Origin: Phycisphaerales bacterium
GTDB lineage: Bacteria; Planctomycetota; Phycisphaerae; Phycisphaerales; UBA1924
DNA length: 64,000 nt
Assembly (NCBI GenBank): GCA_965227775.1
Contig: OZ245777.1
Location: 2,368,001-2,432,000 of the forward strand
Direction of reading: 5' to 3'
The position numbers and the translations under genes were made by a program. Positions 41,829 to 51,195 of the stretch are shown piece after piece (the stretch's first letter is position 1; the number at the start of each line of letters is the position of its first letter). The notes beneath the pieces are model-generated. The model did no database searches and was not told where the DNA came from. It saw only the letters and a list, made by a program, of their open reading frames with translations.

Positions 41829-42031
41829 AGCCCGATCGCAGGTGCGCCCGGTTCACGCGTTCGAGCACGATCATCGGGCGGCCGCGCACGGCATCGCCGT
41901 TGCAGTCGCGGGTGCTCCCCGTTTGGTCTGGCACGAGCGAATACGTGCCCCAAGCGTGCGCACGGATATGTCGCCGGGCGCTCGGACGCGGTCCGATACA
42001 TTGGAACGCACCTCGCACCACAGGAGCCGCC

Positions 42032-43882
42032 ATGCAGTCCAGCCCCGCCCGTTGTCGAGCGTTTCCTTGGCCAGGCCTCGTCGCGATGGGCGTGCTCCTG
42101 TCGTCGGCGGTGGCGTGGGCTCAGACGCCCGTCTCCGGCACGATCGATCGCAGCACGACCTGGAGCGTCGCGGGCTCGCCGTACGTGCTCTCGGGCGACG
42201 TCGAGGTGGTGGGCGGGGCGACGCTCACGATCCTCGCCGGCGTCGACGTGCGCTTCGAGCCCGCGTCCAGGCTGCTGATCGGCGGGGAGCAACCGGGCGA
42301 GGCGGGCCGGCTGCTGGTCGTGGGCAGCAGCAGCGACCGCGTGGAATTCGGCCCGGCCGCGGCCGGCACGCACGCGGGCGGGGTCGAGCTGCGGCCGGGC
42401 GCCGCCGCCGGGCCCGACGGCAGCGGCTCGGCGATCCGATTCGCGCGGTTCGACGTGCTGGGCGAGCCGCTGACGATGCGCGGCGCGGTCGCCGAGTTGT
42501 TCGACGTGGTCGTCTTCCGCGCGACCAACCCCGAGCGTCCGGCCGTGGTCGTGGAGCTGGATCGACTGAGCGATGAGGCGCTGCGGGCGACGCGGCTGCA
42601 GGTCATCGACTCGGCCGGTCCGGGCATGGTGATCACCAAGGGCGGCAGCCACGAGCTGGTGGGGTGCCGGTTCGTGGCGAACAACGGACGCGGCCTGTGG
42701 ATTGACATGAACCCCGGCTTCCCGCGGCCCCGGGCCGCGCGGGAGGTGCGGCTGGACGCGTGCGAGTTCATCGCCAATCGATCAGGACGGGGGCTCGGCG
42801 GCGGCGGGGCGCTGCTGCTCGGCGAGGCCGCCTGGATCATGGTAGGGTGCACGTTCCTGCAGAATTCGAGCGAGGGAAGCGGCGGTGGGCTGTACCTCCA
42901 GGGATTGCGGGACTCGAGCGTGCGCGCGTGCGAGTTCGTTGAGAACGCCTCTGCCATTCGCGGCGGTGGGATGCTGGCTTCGATCTACGACATCTTGATC
43001 GAAGACTGCCGGTTTCGTGGCAACGGAGCCACCAACGACGGAGGGGGGATCGGCGTGCAGCCCCCATCCCGGCTGCATCGGTGCGTCTTCGAGGCAAACA
43101 CCGCGGCGTTCGGCGGCGCGGCCTACGGCCCGATCATGGCCGTCGACTGCCGGTTCACCGACAATTCGGCCCGGATCTCTGGCGGCGCGATGCAGATCCA
43201 GTTCACTACCACGGGATTCGGCGTGGTTGGCGGCGTGTTCGAGGGCAACAGCGCCGTTGAGAGCGGCGGGGCCATCGACTTCTGGAATTCGACGGCGCGC
43301 GAAGAGGTCCGCATCGAGGGCGCCTCATTCGTGGACAACAGCGCCGACTTCGGCGGTGCCATCGGAAACATCGGCGGCCGGCCCGTGGAGGAGGGCTTCC
43401 AGCTCAGGCTCGTGGCCACCCGCTTCGAGGCCAATCTCGCCCGGCGGGGCGGGGCCATCCACGTGCGCACAGACGCCGTCGCGGGGTTGCGTCTGGATCT
43501 GTCGCCCGAGGGCGACGCCGTCAACCGGTTCTCGGCGAATCTCGCGACCACCGGCTCGGCCATCGCCAACGACTCGGCCCACGGCGTGGAGGCGAGCGGC
43601 GTGTGCTGGGGCGTGCCGACGGCCTCGGCCGCCCGGACCCTGATCCACGACGGGCTCGACGATCCCGCGCTTGGAATCGTCGCGATCGATCCTATTGCCA
43701 CCGCCTGCCTCGACTGCCCGCAAGACCTGGACGGCGATGGCGAGCTGACCATCTTCGATTTCCTGATCTTCCAGGGGCTGTTCGCGATCGGTGACCCCGC
43801 GGCCGATTTCGATGGCGACGGCGAATTCACGATCTTCGACTTCCTTGGGTTCAGCAACGCCTTCGACGCCGGCTGCTCGTAG
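42032..43882 (+). CDS. Secreted right-handed beta-helix (Pmp-like FxxN/GGA repeat) protein with GC-type dockerin-like C-terminus
   Basis: AGGAG RBS; signal peptide AVAWA-Q; repeated F..N.A..GGA(I/M); C-terminal CPQDLDGDG...FSNAFDAGCS. Confidence 0.88.
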   Translation: MQSSPARCRAFPWPGLVAMGVLLSSAVAWAQTPVSGTIDRSTTWSVAGSPYVLSGDVEVVGGATLTILAGVDVRFEPASRLLIGGEQPGEAGRLLVVGSSSDRVEFGPAAAGTHAGGVELRPGAAAGPDGSGSAIRFARFDVLGEPLTMRGAVAELFDVVVFRATNPERPAVVVELDRLSDEALRATRLQVIDSAGPGMVITKGGSHELVGCRFVANNGRGLWIDMNPGFPRPRAAREVRLDACEFIANRSGRGLGGGGALLLGEAAWIMVGCTFLQNSSEGSGGGLYLQGLRDSSVRACEFVENASAIRGGGMLASIYDILIEDCRFRGNGATNDGGGIGVQPPSRLHRCVFEANTAAFGGAAYGPIMAVDCRFTDNSARISGGAMQIQFTTTGFGVVGGVFEGNSAVESGGAIDFWNSTAREEVRIEGASFVDNSADFGGAIGNIGGRPVEEGFQLRLVATRFEANLARRGGAIHVRTDAVAGLRLDLSPEGDAVNRFSANLATTGSAIANDSAHGVEASGVCWGVPTASAARTLIHDGLDDPALGIVAIDPIATACLDCPQDLDGDGELTIFDFLIFQGLFAIGDPAADFDGDGEFTIFDFLGFSNAFDAGCS

Positions 43883-43951
43883 CGCGTCAGCCGCGCCGCG
43901 GTCATCCCCAGGTGGCCGGAGAGCGCTTGGGCGCTCCCCTAGCCTGTTCCA

Positions 43952-45901
43952 ATGCCTCCGACCGACTCGAACGCGCCCATCATCGGCATCGACCTGGGCA
44001 CAACCAACTCCCTCGCCGCCTACGCCGACGAGCGAGGGCCGCGCATCCTGGGCGACAACGCCGCCGGGTCGGGCATCGTTCCCAGCGTCGTCCGCTACGA
44101 GGCGCGGGCCGACGGCTCGCTGGCCGCCATCGTGGGGCTCGATGCGCGTGAGCGGGCGGTCGAGTTCCCGCAAACGACCATCGCCAGCGTGAAGCGGCTC
44201 ATGGGCCGCAGCCTGGCCGACGCTGCGGGCGATGCGCCGTACCTGCCCTACCAGATCGTCGACGGCCCGCGCGAGATGGCCGCGGTCGCCATCCCCGTCG
44301 CCGACGGCCCGCCCGTCGTCCGCATGCCCCAGGAAGTCTCCGCAGACATCCTGCGGGCCGTAAAGGACAAGGCCGAGCGGGCCCTGGGCGTGCCCGTCTC
44401 CAAGGCGGTCGTCACCGTGCCAGCGTACTTCGACGACGGGCAGCGCCAGGCAACCCGCGACGCCGGACGTTTGGCTGGGCTTGACGTCGTCCGTATCGTG
44501 AGCGAGCCAACGGCCGCGGCCCTCGCCTACGGCCTGGGCTCGGCCCAGCGGTCCAGCGTCGAGCCCACGACGGTCGCCGTGTTCGACCTGGGCGGCGGCA
44601 CCTTCGACGTCTCTGTCCTCCGCATCACGCCGGGTCCGCAGCCCGACGCCCCGGCCATCTTCCAGGTGCTCGCCACCGACGGCGACACGAGGCTGGGCGG
44701 GGACGACGCCGACCACGCCCTGGTCGGCCTGTTCCTGACCGAGGCCAACGAGCGGTTTGACCTCGGCCTGCCGGATCGCCTGGCCGACGCCCTCTCGGCT
44801 CTGCCCCCGCAGACCCGCCGCGCCCTTCTGACGTTCGCCCAGGACGTCAAACACCGCCTGAGCGAACGCGACGCGGCCGAGATCGCCATCGACCTTGGTG
44901 GCGGTCGCACGTACGACCGCACGGTGACCCGCGCCGAGTTCGAGTCACTCATCGAACCCATGATCAAGCGGGCCATCGCGGCGTGCGAGCGCGCCGTAAA
45001 GGCTGCGGCGAAGCAGCCCGGCGGCGAGTCCATCGACGCCGTCGTCCTGGTCGGCGGCTCGACGCGCATTCCCGCCGTTCGCCGCGCGGTGGGCGCCTTC
45101 TTCGGGCTCGAGCCCTACACCGCCCTCGACCCCGATCGCGTCGTCGCGCTCGGCGCGGCGGTGCAGGCGTCAACGCTCGCCGGCTGCAGCCGCAACAGCC
45201 TGCTGCTCGATGCCATCCCGCTGAGCCTTGGCATCGAGACGGTTGGGGGCGCCGTTGCCAAGCTGATCGTCGCCGGCGCCACCTTGCCGGCGCGAGCCAA
45301 GGAAACCTTCTCCACAAGCGTCGACGACCAGACCGCCATCGAGCTCAAGGTCTTGCAGGGCGAACGCGAGATGGCCGAGGACTGCCGCCAGCTCGGCCTG
45401 TTCCATCTTCGAGGCATCCCGCCGATGCCCGCCGGCGTGCCGCAACTGGAAGTCGAGTTCCTCGTCGACGCCAACGGCGTGCTCAGCGTGTCGGCCATCG
45501 AGAAGCGTTCGGGCCAGACCGCCACGCTCCAGGTCATTCCCAACCACGGCCTGACGCGCGACGAGGTCGACGCTATCGAGGCGCAAGCCATCGAGCACGC
45601 CCGCGACGACATGACCCGCCACCGCGTCGTTGACCTCATTGCCCATTCCTCGCTCGATGTCAAGTGGATCAACGAGGCCCTCGACCGTGTCGGCGACCAG
45701 CTGCCGAGTGAGCTGCGGACCAAGATCGAGGCTTCGGTCGAATCGGTCCGAGGCATGGCCGAGCGGGCGCGGGCCGACTGGCGGTCGGTTGATGCCGAGG
45801 CGTTCGCGGTCGCCAAGCAGGCGATGGACGAAGCGAGCGTGCCCTTGCACGAGGCGGCGATCTCCGAATCCCTCAAGGGCATGCCAGGCCGCACGACCTG
45901 A
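43952..45901 (+). CDS. Hsp70 family chaperone, HscA-like
   Basis: [51 protein letters not shown] and IPLSLGIET resemble HscA more than DnaK. Confidence 0.9.
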   Translation: MPPTDSNAPIIGIDLGTTNSLAAYADERGPRILGDNAAGSGIVPSVVRYEARADGSLAAIVGLDARERAVEFPQTTIASVKRLMGRSLADAAGDAPYLPYQIVDGPREMAAVAIPVADGPPVVRMPQEVSADILRAVKDKAERALGVPVSKAVVTVPAYFDDGQRQATRDAGRLAGLDVVRIVSEPTAAALAYGLGSAQRSSVEPTTVAVFDLGGGTFDVSVLRITPGPQPDAPAIFQVLATDGDTRLGGDDADHALVGLFLTEANERFDLGLPDRLADALSALPPQTRRALLTFAQDVKHRLSERDAAEIAIDLGGGRTYDRTVTRAEFESLIEPMIKRAIAACERAVKAAAKQPGGESIDAVVLVGGSTRIPAVRRAVGAFFGLEPYTALDPDRVVALGAAVQASTLAGCSRNSLLLDAIPLSLGIETVGGAVAKLIVAGATLPARAKETFSTSVDDQTAIELKVLQGEREMAEDCRQLGLFHLRGIPPMPAGVPQLEVEFLVDANGVLSVSAIEKRSGQTATLQVIPNHGLTRDEVDAIEAQAIEHARDDMTRHRVVDLIAHSSLDVKWINEALDRVGDQLPSELRTKIEASVESVRGMAERARADWRSVDAEAFAVAKQAMDEASVPLHEAAISESLKGMPGRTT

Positions 45902-46171
45902 ACCGGATGCCGCCGACGCGTGACGGAGACGGCCGCGGCCGGCATCCCGGTAGACGGACGGAGAAATCACGGATCCCAGCCTGGACTGCCATCAAACCGG
46001 GCGGAATCTGACACCAAGGACACCGGCCTCGCGCAATCAGCCGGCGCTCTCGCGCCCCGGGCTTGCGGCGTGGCCAGAGCGAACTAGACTCTCGTGCAGG
46101 CCGTTGGAGGCAACGGCAGGGCTGTCGCTTCGGGCTCGTATTGGTCGATCAGGGGAACGAACGGAACACGA

Positions 46172-47380
46172 ATGTCCAGAGCCGCTAAGGGACCATCCCC
46201 ATACCTCTTCCTGGCCTCCAGCTCCAAGGGCGGAAAGCGGCTGGGGGTGCGCAGCGCCGCCAGCGAGCGGGCGCTCGCCTCAGTGCTCGGGCGAGAGCGG
46301 CGGGTGCTCGTCTGGTCGCGGCGGCTGCCCGGCTGGCTGGGCAGTTCGGGGCAGATGGGCCTCAAGGACCAGGAGCAGTTCAATGCGGTGCTAGGCCAGC
46401 TCGTCTCCCGAGGCGTTCCCTTGGTCGAGGCCTTGGATGTCACCGCGTCGGCAGTCGATGCCAGCCACGCCGACCGCATCCGCCGTGTGCGGTCGCAGGT
46501 CGCCGGTGGCGCGATGTTTGCTGACGCGTGCGGCAAGGTGGGCATCGTCGACCCTGTGACGTCGGCTGTCTATCGGGCGGCCGAGCGCACGGGCGATCTC
46601 GGTGGTGCGTGTGCCCAGATTGCCAAGACCGCCGAGCGGCAGGTCAAGGTCCGCAGCCAGGCCATCACGCTGATGTTCTACCCGATCATCGTACTTGGCG
46701 TGAGCGTCTTGGCAGGCTGGGGCATGCTGACCTTCATTGTTCCGATGATCGGCTCACGCCTGGCGAGCATGGGCAGCGAACTGCCGTGGTTTACGGTCGC
46801 CCTCATGACGGCCGGCCAGGCCATCCGCGACAACCTTGGCATCTTCTTCCTGATCATCCTGGGCCTGCTCATCGCGGGCATCGTTTTGCGCAAGGCGGTG
46901 GTCACCGCGGTGTGGAACGTCGTCCGCCGGTTGCCGGGCATGCGGGAGCTCGTGCTCGCGCAAGAGACCACGCGCTTCTTCTCGGTCATGGCCGCCATGA
47001 CGCGCTCGGGCGTGACGCTCGCTGATGCACTCGTCGTGGCGTATCGGACCGTGAGCCACGCGAAGCTGCGCAAGCAGTTGCAGACCTTGCAGCGTCGCCT
47101 CGTTGAGGGTGGGCAGCTCGCGCAACTGATCGAGGATGTTGAGGCCTTGCCATTGCCGGTGCGCAAGCTGCTGATTGCAGCCGAGCGCTCCGGTGACCTG
47201 GAAGAGGCGTTTGAGAGCCTTGCCGAAGACATGGCCGACGAGGTGGAGCGGCGCAGCACACGCGCACTTGCGGTTCTCGAGCCTGGGTTGATCATCTTTA
47301 TGTTCCTCATGATCGGCTCGATGGTCATGGCGATCATGCTGCCACTCTTTACGGCAACGGCCAATATGGACATGGGATAA
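46172..47380 (+). CDS. Type II secretion/type IV pilus inner-membrane platform protein (GspF/PilC family)
   Basis: Duplicated domain: GVPLVEAL...AAERTGDL...YP and SGVTLADAL...AAERSGDL...LEP; three TMs; TAGACT -10 at 46085. Confidence 0.92.
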   Translation: MSRAAKGPSPYLFLASSSKGGKRLGVRSAASERALASVLGRERRVLVWSRRLPGWLGSSGQMGLKDQEQFNAVLGQLVSRGVPLVEALDVTASAVDASHADRIRRVRSQVAGGAMFADACGKVGIVDPVTSAVYRAAERTGDLGGACAQIAKTAERQVKVRSQAITLMFYPIIVLGVSVLAGWGMLTFIVPMIGSRLASMGSELPWFTVALMTAGQAIRDNLGIFFLIILGLLIAGIVLRKAVVTAVWNVVRRLPGMRELVLAQETTRFFSVMAAMTRSGVTLADALVVAYRTVSHAKLRKQLQTLQRRLVEGGQLAQLIEDVEALPLPVRKLLIAAERSGDLEEAFESLAEDMADEVERRSTRALAVLEPGLIIFMFLMIGSMVMAIMLPLFTATANMDMG

Positions 47381-47460
47381 GCGGAAATCGAGTGTCGATC
47401 GACGGCATTGAACGCCGGGCGCATCGAAGTGACGCGAGAAGAGAGACCGAGGAAGCAAAC

Positions 47461-47868
47461 ATGAACACCAACAGACAAACCCGTTATCGTCATGCACGAC
47501 GCGGCTTCTCGCTGCTCGAGCTCACGCTGGTGATCCTCATCATCGGTGTGCTCATGGGCGTGGCCACCGTTGCGTTCGCGCCGGCGCTCTTGCGCGGCAA
47601 GACGACCGCGACGAAGGCCAGCATGACCACGATGCGTCAAGCGATCACCGAGTATCAGGGCATCAACAACCAGTACCCGCCCGCCCTCACAGCGTTGGTG
47701 CCGGGCCATCTCGCAGAAGTGCCGCTGGACGGCTGGGACAACCAGTTCTACTACGCTGCGCCGGGCCAGGACGGCCGGCCTTTCGATCTGATCAGCGCTG
47801 GCGAGGATGGCCAGTACACAACGGGCGACGACATCAACGTCTGGACCATGAACGAGGACCAGGAATAG
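47461..47868 (+). CDS. Major pseudopilin (GspG-like)
   Basis: Prepilin site RRG|FSLLEL; PLDGWDNQFYY...FDLISAGEDG...GDDI. Confidence 0.9.
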   Translation: MNTNRQTRYRHARRGFSLLELTLVILIIGVLMGVATVAFAPALLRGKTTATKASMTTMRQAITEYQGINNQYPPALTALVPGHLAEVPLDGWDNQFYYAAPGQDGRPFDLISAGEDGQYTTGDDINVWTMNEDQE

Positions 47869-47874
47869 AACGTC

Positions 47875-48450
47875 ATGTCCGCTCCGCGCGCACATCTTGC
47901 TCGCAGCCGACGGGGCATGACGTTCCTCGAGGCGGTGCTCGCTTCGGCCTTGCTCGGCATCGTGGCCATGGGCGTGTTCGGCGCGCTCAACTACCTCGTG
48001 CTGCAGCAGAAGCGGGCCGAACAAATCGCGGGTGCGTCCGAGGTTGCCAATCGCGTCGTGGTGATGTACCTGGACAGTCCCGACGATATGCCCCAGGATG
48101 GGCGGCCCATCGATTATGGTCGGCACCGATATCGCTGGACCTATGAGTCTGCGCCCATCGACGTGTTCGACCCGAACGCAACCGACGAGTCCACGCCCAT
48201 GCCTTTGACGCGGCTTCGTGAGCTGACCGTGAGCGTGTGGCTGCACGAAGAGAGCGGTGGGGCATTCTCCCCCAATCCGAGCACGCCGGGCATTGTCGTC
48301 CGGCGGATGCTCGATCCGCTTGCCAGCCGCAACCCCGACACGTTCGCGCGTGGTATCGACTCGCTAATCGATCGAATGGGCGGTGGAGATTCCACGACCC
48401 GCTCGGGCGGTTCGCAGGCCCCCGGTGGCGGTTCGCTAGGAGGTGGCTGA
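47875..48450 (+). CDS. Minor pseudopilin (GspI-like)
   Basis: Prepilin site RRG|MTFLEAVLA with Glu5; position in operon. Confidence 0.75.
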   Translation: MSAPRAHLARSRRGMTFLEAVLASALLGIVAMGVFGALNYLVLQQKRAEQIAGASEVANRVVVMYLDSPDDMPQDGRPIDYGRHRYRWTYESAPIDVFDPNATDESTPMPLTRLRELTVSVWLHEESGGAFSPNPSTPGIVVRRMLDPLASRNPDTFARGIDSLIDRMGGGDSTTRSGGSQAPGGGSLGGG

Positions 48451-49493
48451 TGGCCACTCCGGCGCGCGGATTTACGCTCATCGAACTCTCGATGGCAATC
48501 GTCATCGGCACGATCATCCTCTTCGCGGCGATGGGCATGTTCCACACGATCCAACGAGCCGACGACATCGCAGAAGTGCGCGCCGAGGAGAACTTCCAGC
48601 TCCAGCGCACGCAACGGGTCGCCACCCGGGCGCTCGGGTCGCTGCGCGTCATGTCTCGACAGGAACAACAGACGGCGTCGGCCGCCCGCACGGCACAGGA
48701 ACAAGCAGAATCCGCGGTGGCCGATGGCCTGGGCCTCGGCGGGGGTCAGGGCGAGCAGGGAGACCAAGCCTCGCTTGACGCGCTCGCCGAGACGGTTCGC
48801 AACTTCCGGCCACGCGTGCTGCTCGAGCGGGACCCAGATTTGCAGGGCGTGCCCATGGTGCGGCGCGTGCGCATCGGCGAACAAGGGCTTGGCCAGCCGG
48901 AGGGCACGGCTCCCCAGCGTCTCGAGCTTGCGCTCAGCGCCCCACCAGTCATTCCCTCGTACGCCGACACACAGCGGCGGATGCGGATCGCCCAACTGGG
49001 TATGGCCCCGATCGATATCGGCTCTTCGGTCGACGAGGAGGGCGCCGTTCGCGGTGCGTTCGTCTTTCGCAACGAGCGACGGCTCAACGAGCTGGGCCTC
49101 CGTGTGTTTAGTTTCTGGTGGGTCCCGATTGCGGGCGATGCTGAGGACGCGGAAGTGATCGAGTCGGAGAGTCTCGACCCGGCGATGGTCGACGGCGCTG
49201 TGATGCTGATGGATAGTGTCGTCTGGGCGCGCTGGCGATTCTTCAAGGAAGGCGAGTGGCGCGATCAGCTGGAAGTGCTCGGCGAACTCGATCTGGCCGC
49301 GTACGGTGAGCTCGAATTGACGACGGCCCAGAATGTCACCGTTGCCTGGCTCTTCGAACTGGCCTGGACCATCGGTACGGATGAAGACGAGGCCGAAGAC
49401 GACGAGTTTGGCGATGACGACGCGGACGAAGTGCCCGACAGCGAGACGGGTGAGGACGGCCTGACGTCGGGCGTCGGCGGGGGGACGAACTGA
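48450..49493 (+). CDS. Minor pseudopilin (GspJ-like)
   Basis: Prepilin site ARG|FTLIELSMAI; C-terminal RWRFF..GEWRD; TGATG coupling. Confidence 0.75.
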   Translation: MATPARGFTLIELSMAIVIGTIILFAAMGMFHTIQRADDIAEVRAEENFQLQRTQRVATRALGSLRVMSRQEQQTASAARTAQEQAESAVADGLGLGGGQGEQGDQASLDALAETVRNFRPRVLLERDPDLQGVPMVRRVRIGEQGLGQPEGTAPQRLELALSAPPVIPSYADTQRRMRIAQLGMAPIDIGSSVDEEGAVRGAFVFRNERRLNELGLRVFSFWWVPIAGDAEDAEVIESESLDPAMVDGAVMLMDSVVWARWRFFKEGEWRDQLEVLGELDLAAYGELELTTAQNVTVAWLFELAWTIGTDEDEAEDDEFGDDDADEVPDSETGEDGLTSGVGGGTN

Positions 49494-50356
49494 TGCCCCG
49501 CGGCCGTACCAGACCGAATCGCTCGCGGGCCTTCGCGTTGCCGCTGGTGGTCATCCTGTCGATGGTCGCCACTATGGCCATCGCGATCATGCTCGAACGC
49601 CAGAGCCAGCAGACCCGCTCGACCATTCGCCAGATGCGATGGACGCAGGATCGACACCTGGAGCGTGGTGTGCGTGAGGTTGCCGGGGCCTGGCTTACTG
49701 GCGCAAGCCGCCGGCTGAACGACATCGCGAAGGAAGGCGGGCACGCGCTCGACCTCACCATGGAGGGCGGGCGGACCATCCGCCTGGACATCGAAGACGC
49801 GCAAGGGTCGATCCTCTCGATGTTTGAGGGCGTCTCCGAGGCCGAGTTGCCGTTCGCACAGGGTGCGTACGACAGCGTGCTGATGCGGGCGGGCGACGAA
49901 CTGACGCTCGATCGGTGGACGCGGACCGTTGGGCCGGTTGCGATCAGTGCGGTGACAGCCCCCGAGGAGGTCATCGCGGCGGCGGTTGCTCCGATGATCG
50001 GTGATGGGCAGGCCTCCGCTCTGGCGCGGGACGTTGTGCTGGCGCGTGAGGACGCCGATGTGGACCGCGGGACGCAGTGGTTGCGGCGGATCATCGCCGA
50101 GTATGCGACCGAGATGGAGGATCGCCGGAGCATGCAGCGGCTGCTGGTCGGCGAGGCCGATTTGTGGCGGCTGAGCATCACGGTGATGGACGACCGGGGG
50201 CGTGTTGGCTCGATGTACGAGGCGATTGTCGAGGTCGACGGGCGAGAGATCCGCCAGCGTGCCGATAGTGGCGCGTTCTCGCCGCTCGGTCCGTTCCTGT
50301 TGTGGCGTCGGTTGGATGAGGCGGAGATGGTCGAGCAGGTCACGCGCCGACGCTAA
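49493..50356 (+). CDS. Minor pseudopilin (GspK-like)
   Basis: RSRA|FALPLVV lacking Glu5, as in GspK; coupled to the preceding gene. Confidence 0.65.
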   Translation: MPRGRTRPNRSRAFALPLVVILSMVATMAIAIMLERQSQQTRSTIRQMRWTQDRHLERGVREVAGAWLTGASRRLNDIAKEGGHALDLTMEGGRTIRLDIEDAQGSILSMFEGVSEAELPFAQGAYDSVLMRAGDELTLDRWTRTVGPVAISAVTAPEEVIAAAVAPMIGDGQASALARDVVLAREDADVDRGTQWLRRIIAEYATEMEDRRSMQRLLVGEADLWRLSITVMDDRGRVGSMYEAIVEVDGREIRQRADSGAFSPLGPFLLWRRLDEAEMVEQVTRRR

Positions 50357-50394
50357 AGTAGCAGTCGCACGCGTGGGCGATAGGGGATTCATCA

Positions 50395-51195
50395 ATGGCA
50401 GGCAATCTCACACGGGCCGGAACGCTCCAGAAGCGGCGGACGATCCAGATCGCCGCGGGGGTCGCGTGCGTCGCGTTCGTGGGCATGGCGCTCGGGGCGG
50501 TCGTCGTCGATCGCTCGGTTGCCCCCGCGCCAGACGTCGTGTTGCCGCCACCGGCACCGATCACGAGCAGTGCGGACGACGAGGAGTACCCAATCTTCCC
50601 TCCGCTCATCGCGTCGGGCTTGTCATCGGTGTACACGCTCAAGCCCGAAGACAAGCCCGCCGAGGGGCCGAAGGGAGCGGGTGACCCCGAGGACCCGCCT
50701 CCGCAAGACATCGTGCTTGTGGCGGCGATCGGGCAGCCCGGCTCGATGATGGCGGTCATCCGCGAGGGCGCCGCGCAGACGGCCATCGCCGAGGGCCAGC
50801 GCGGTGGCTCGGTCGATGTGCTGGAGGTCAAGCCCGGCTATGCGCGTGTGCGCTACCGCGGACAGGAGCGCGAACTGACCGTGGGCAAGCCGATGCATCT
50901 GGTGAGCGATATGGGTGCGTCGGGTGAGGTTGCTGGAGGTAGCCAGATCATCACGCCTCCGGGTGCGATCCCGAAGACCGAGTCTCTCGAGGAGCAAGGC
51001 GTCACGCGGACGCGCGTACCGACGGCGATGCAGCGGTCCCAGTCGAGTGGCAACCGAGGTGGGCAAGGCTCGGGCCAGGGTGAGCGAGGCGGCCGTGGAG
51101 GCGGCGGCAACAGCGGCACGAGCCGACCGCCCGCGGGTGGCACGCCCGGAAACAACAACAACGGTCCCGGGGCGGGTGCTGAGGACGATCGGTGA
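50395..51195 (+). CDS. GspC/PilP-like bitopic protein
   Basis: One TM, Pro-rich linker, LVAAIG....MAVIRE....IAEG....VLEV....VRVRY.GQERELT (HR-domain-like), Gly-rich tail. Confidence 0.55.
   Translation: MAGNLTRAGTLQKRRTIQIAAGVACVAFVGMALGAVVVDRSVAPAPDVVLPPPAPITSSADDEEYPIFPPLIASGLSSVYTLKPEDKPAEGPKGAGDPEDPPPQDIVLVAAIGQPGSMMAVIREGAAQTAIAEGQRGGSVDVLEVKPGYARVRYRGQERELTVGKPMHLVSDMGASGEVAGGSQIITPPGAIPKTESLEEQGVTRTRVPTAMQRSQSSGNRGGQGSGQGERGGRGGGGNSGTSRPPAGGTPGNNNNGPGAGAEDDR

Noticed and set aside
40981..42033. 351-aa N-terminal extension of PheT in the ORF track, and similar extensions on guaB, tig, leuS, TolC and the 16243 gene
   Set aside because: Several overlap real neighbouring or opposite-strand genes; family N-termini, RBS and -10 boxes point to the shorter starts
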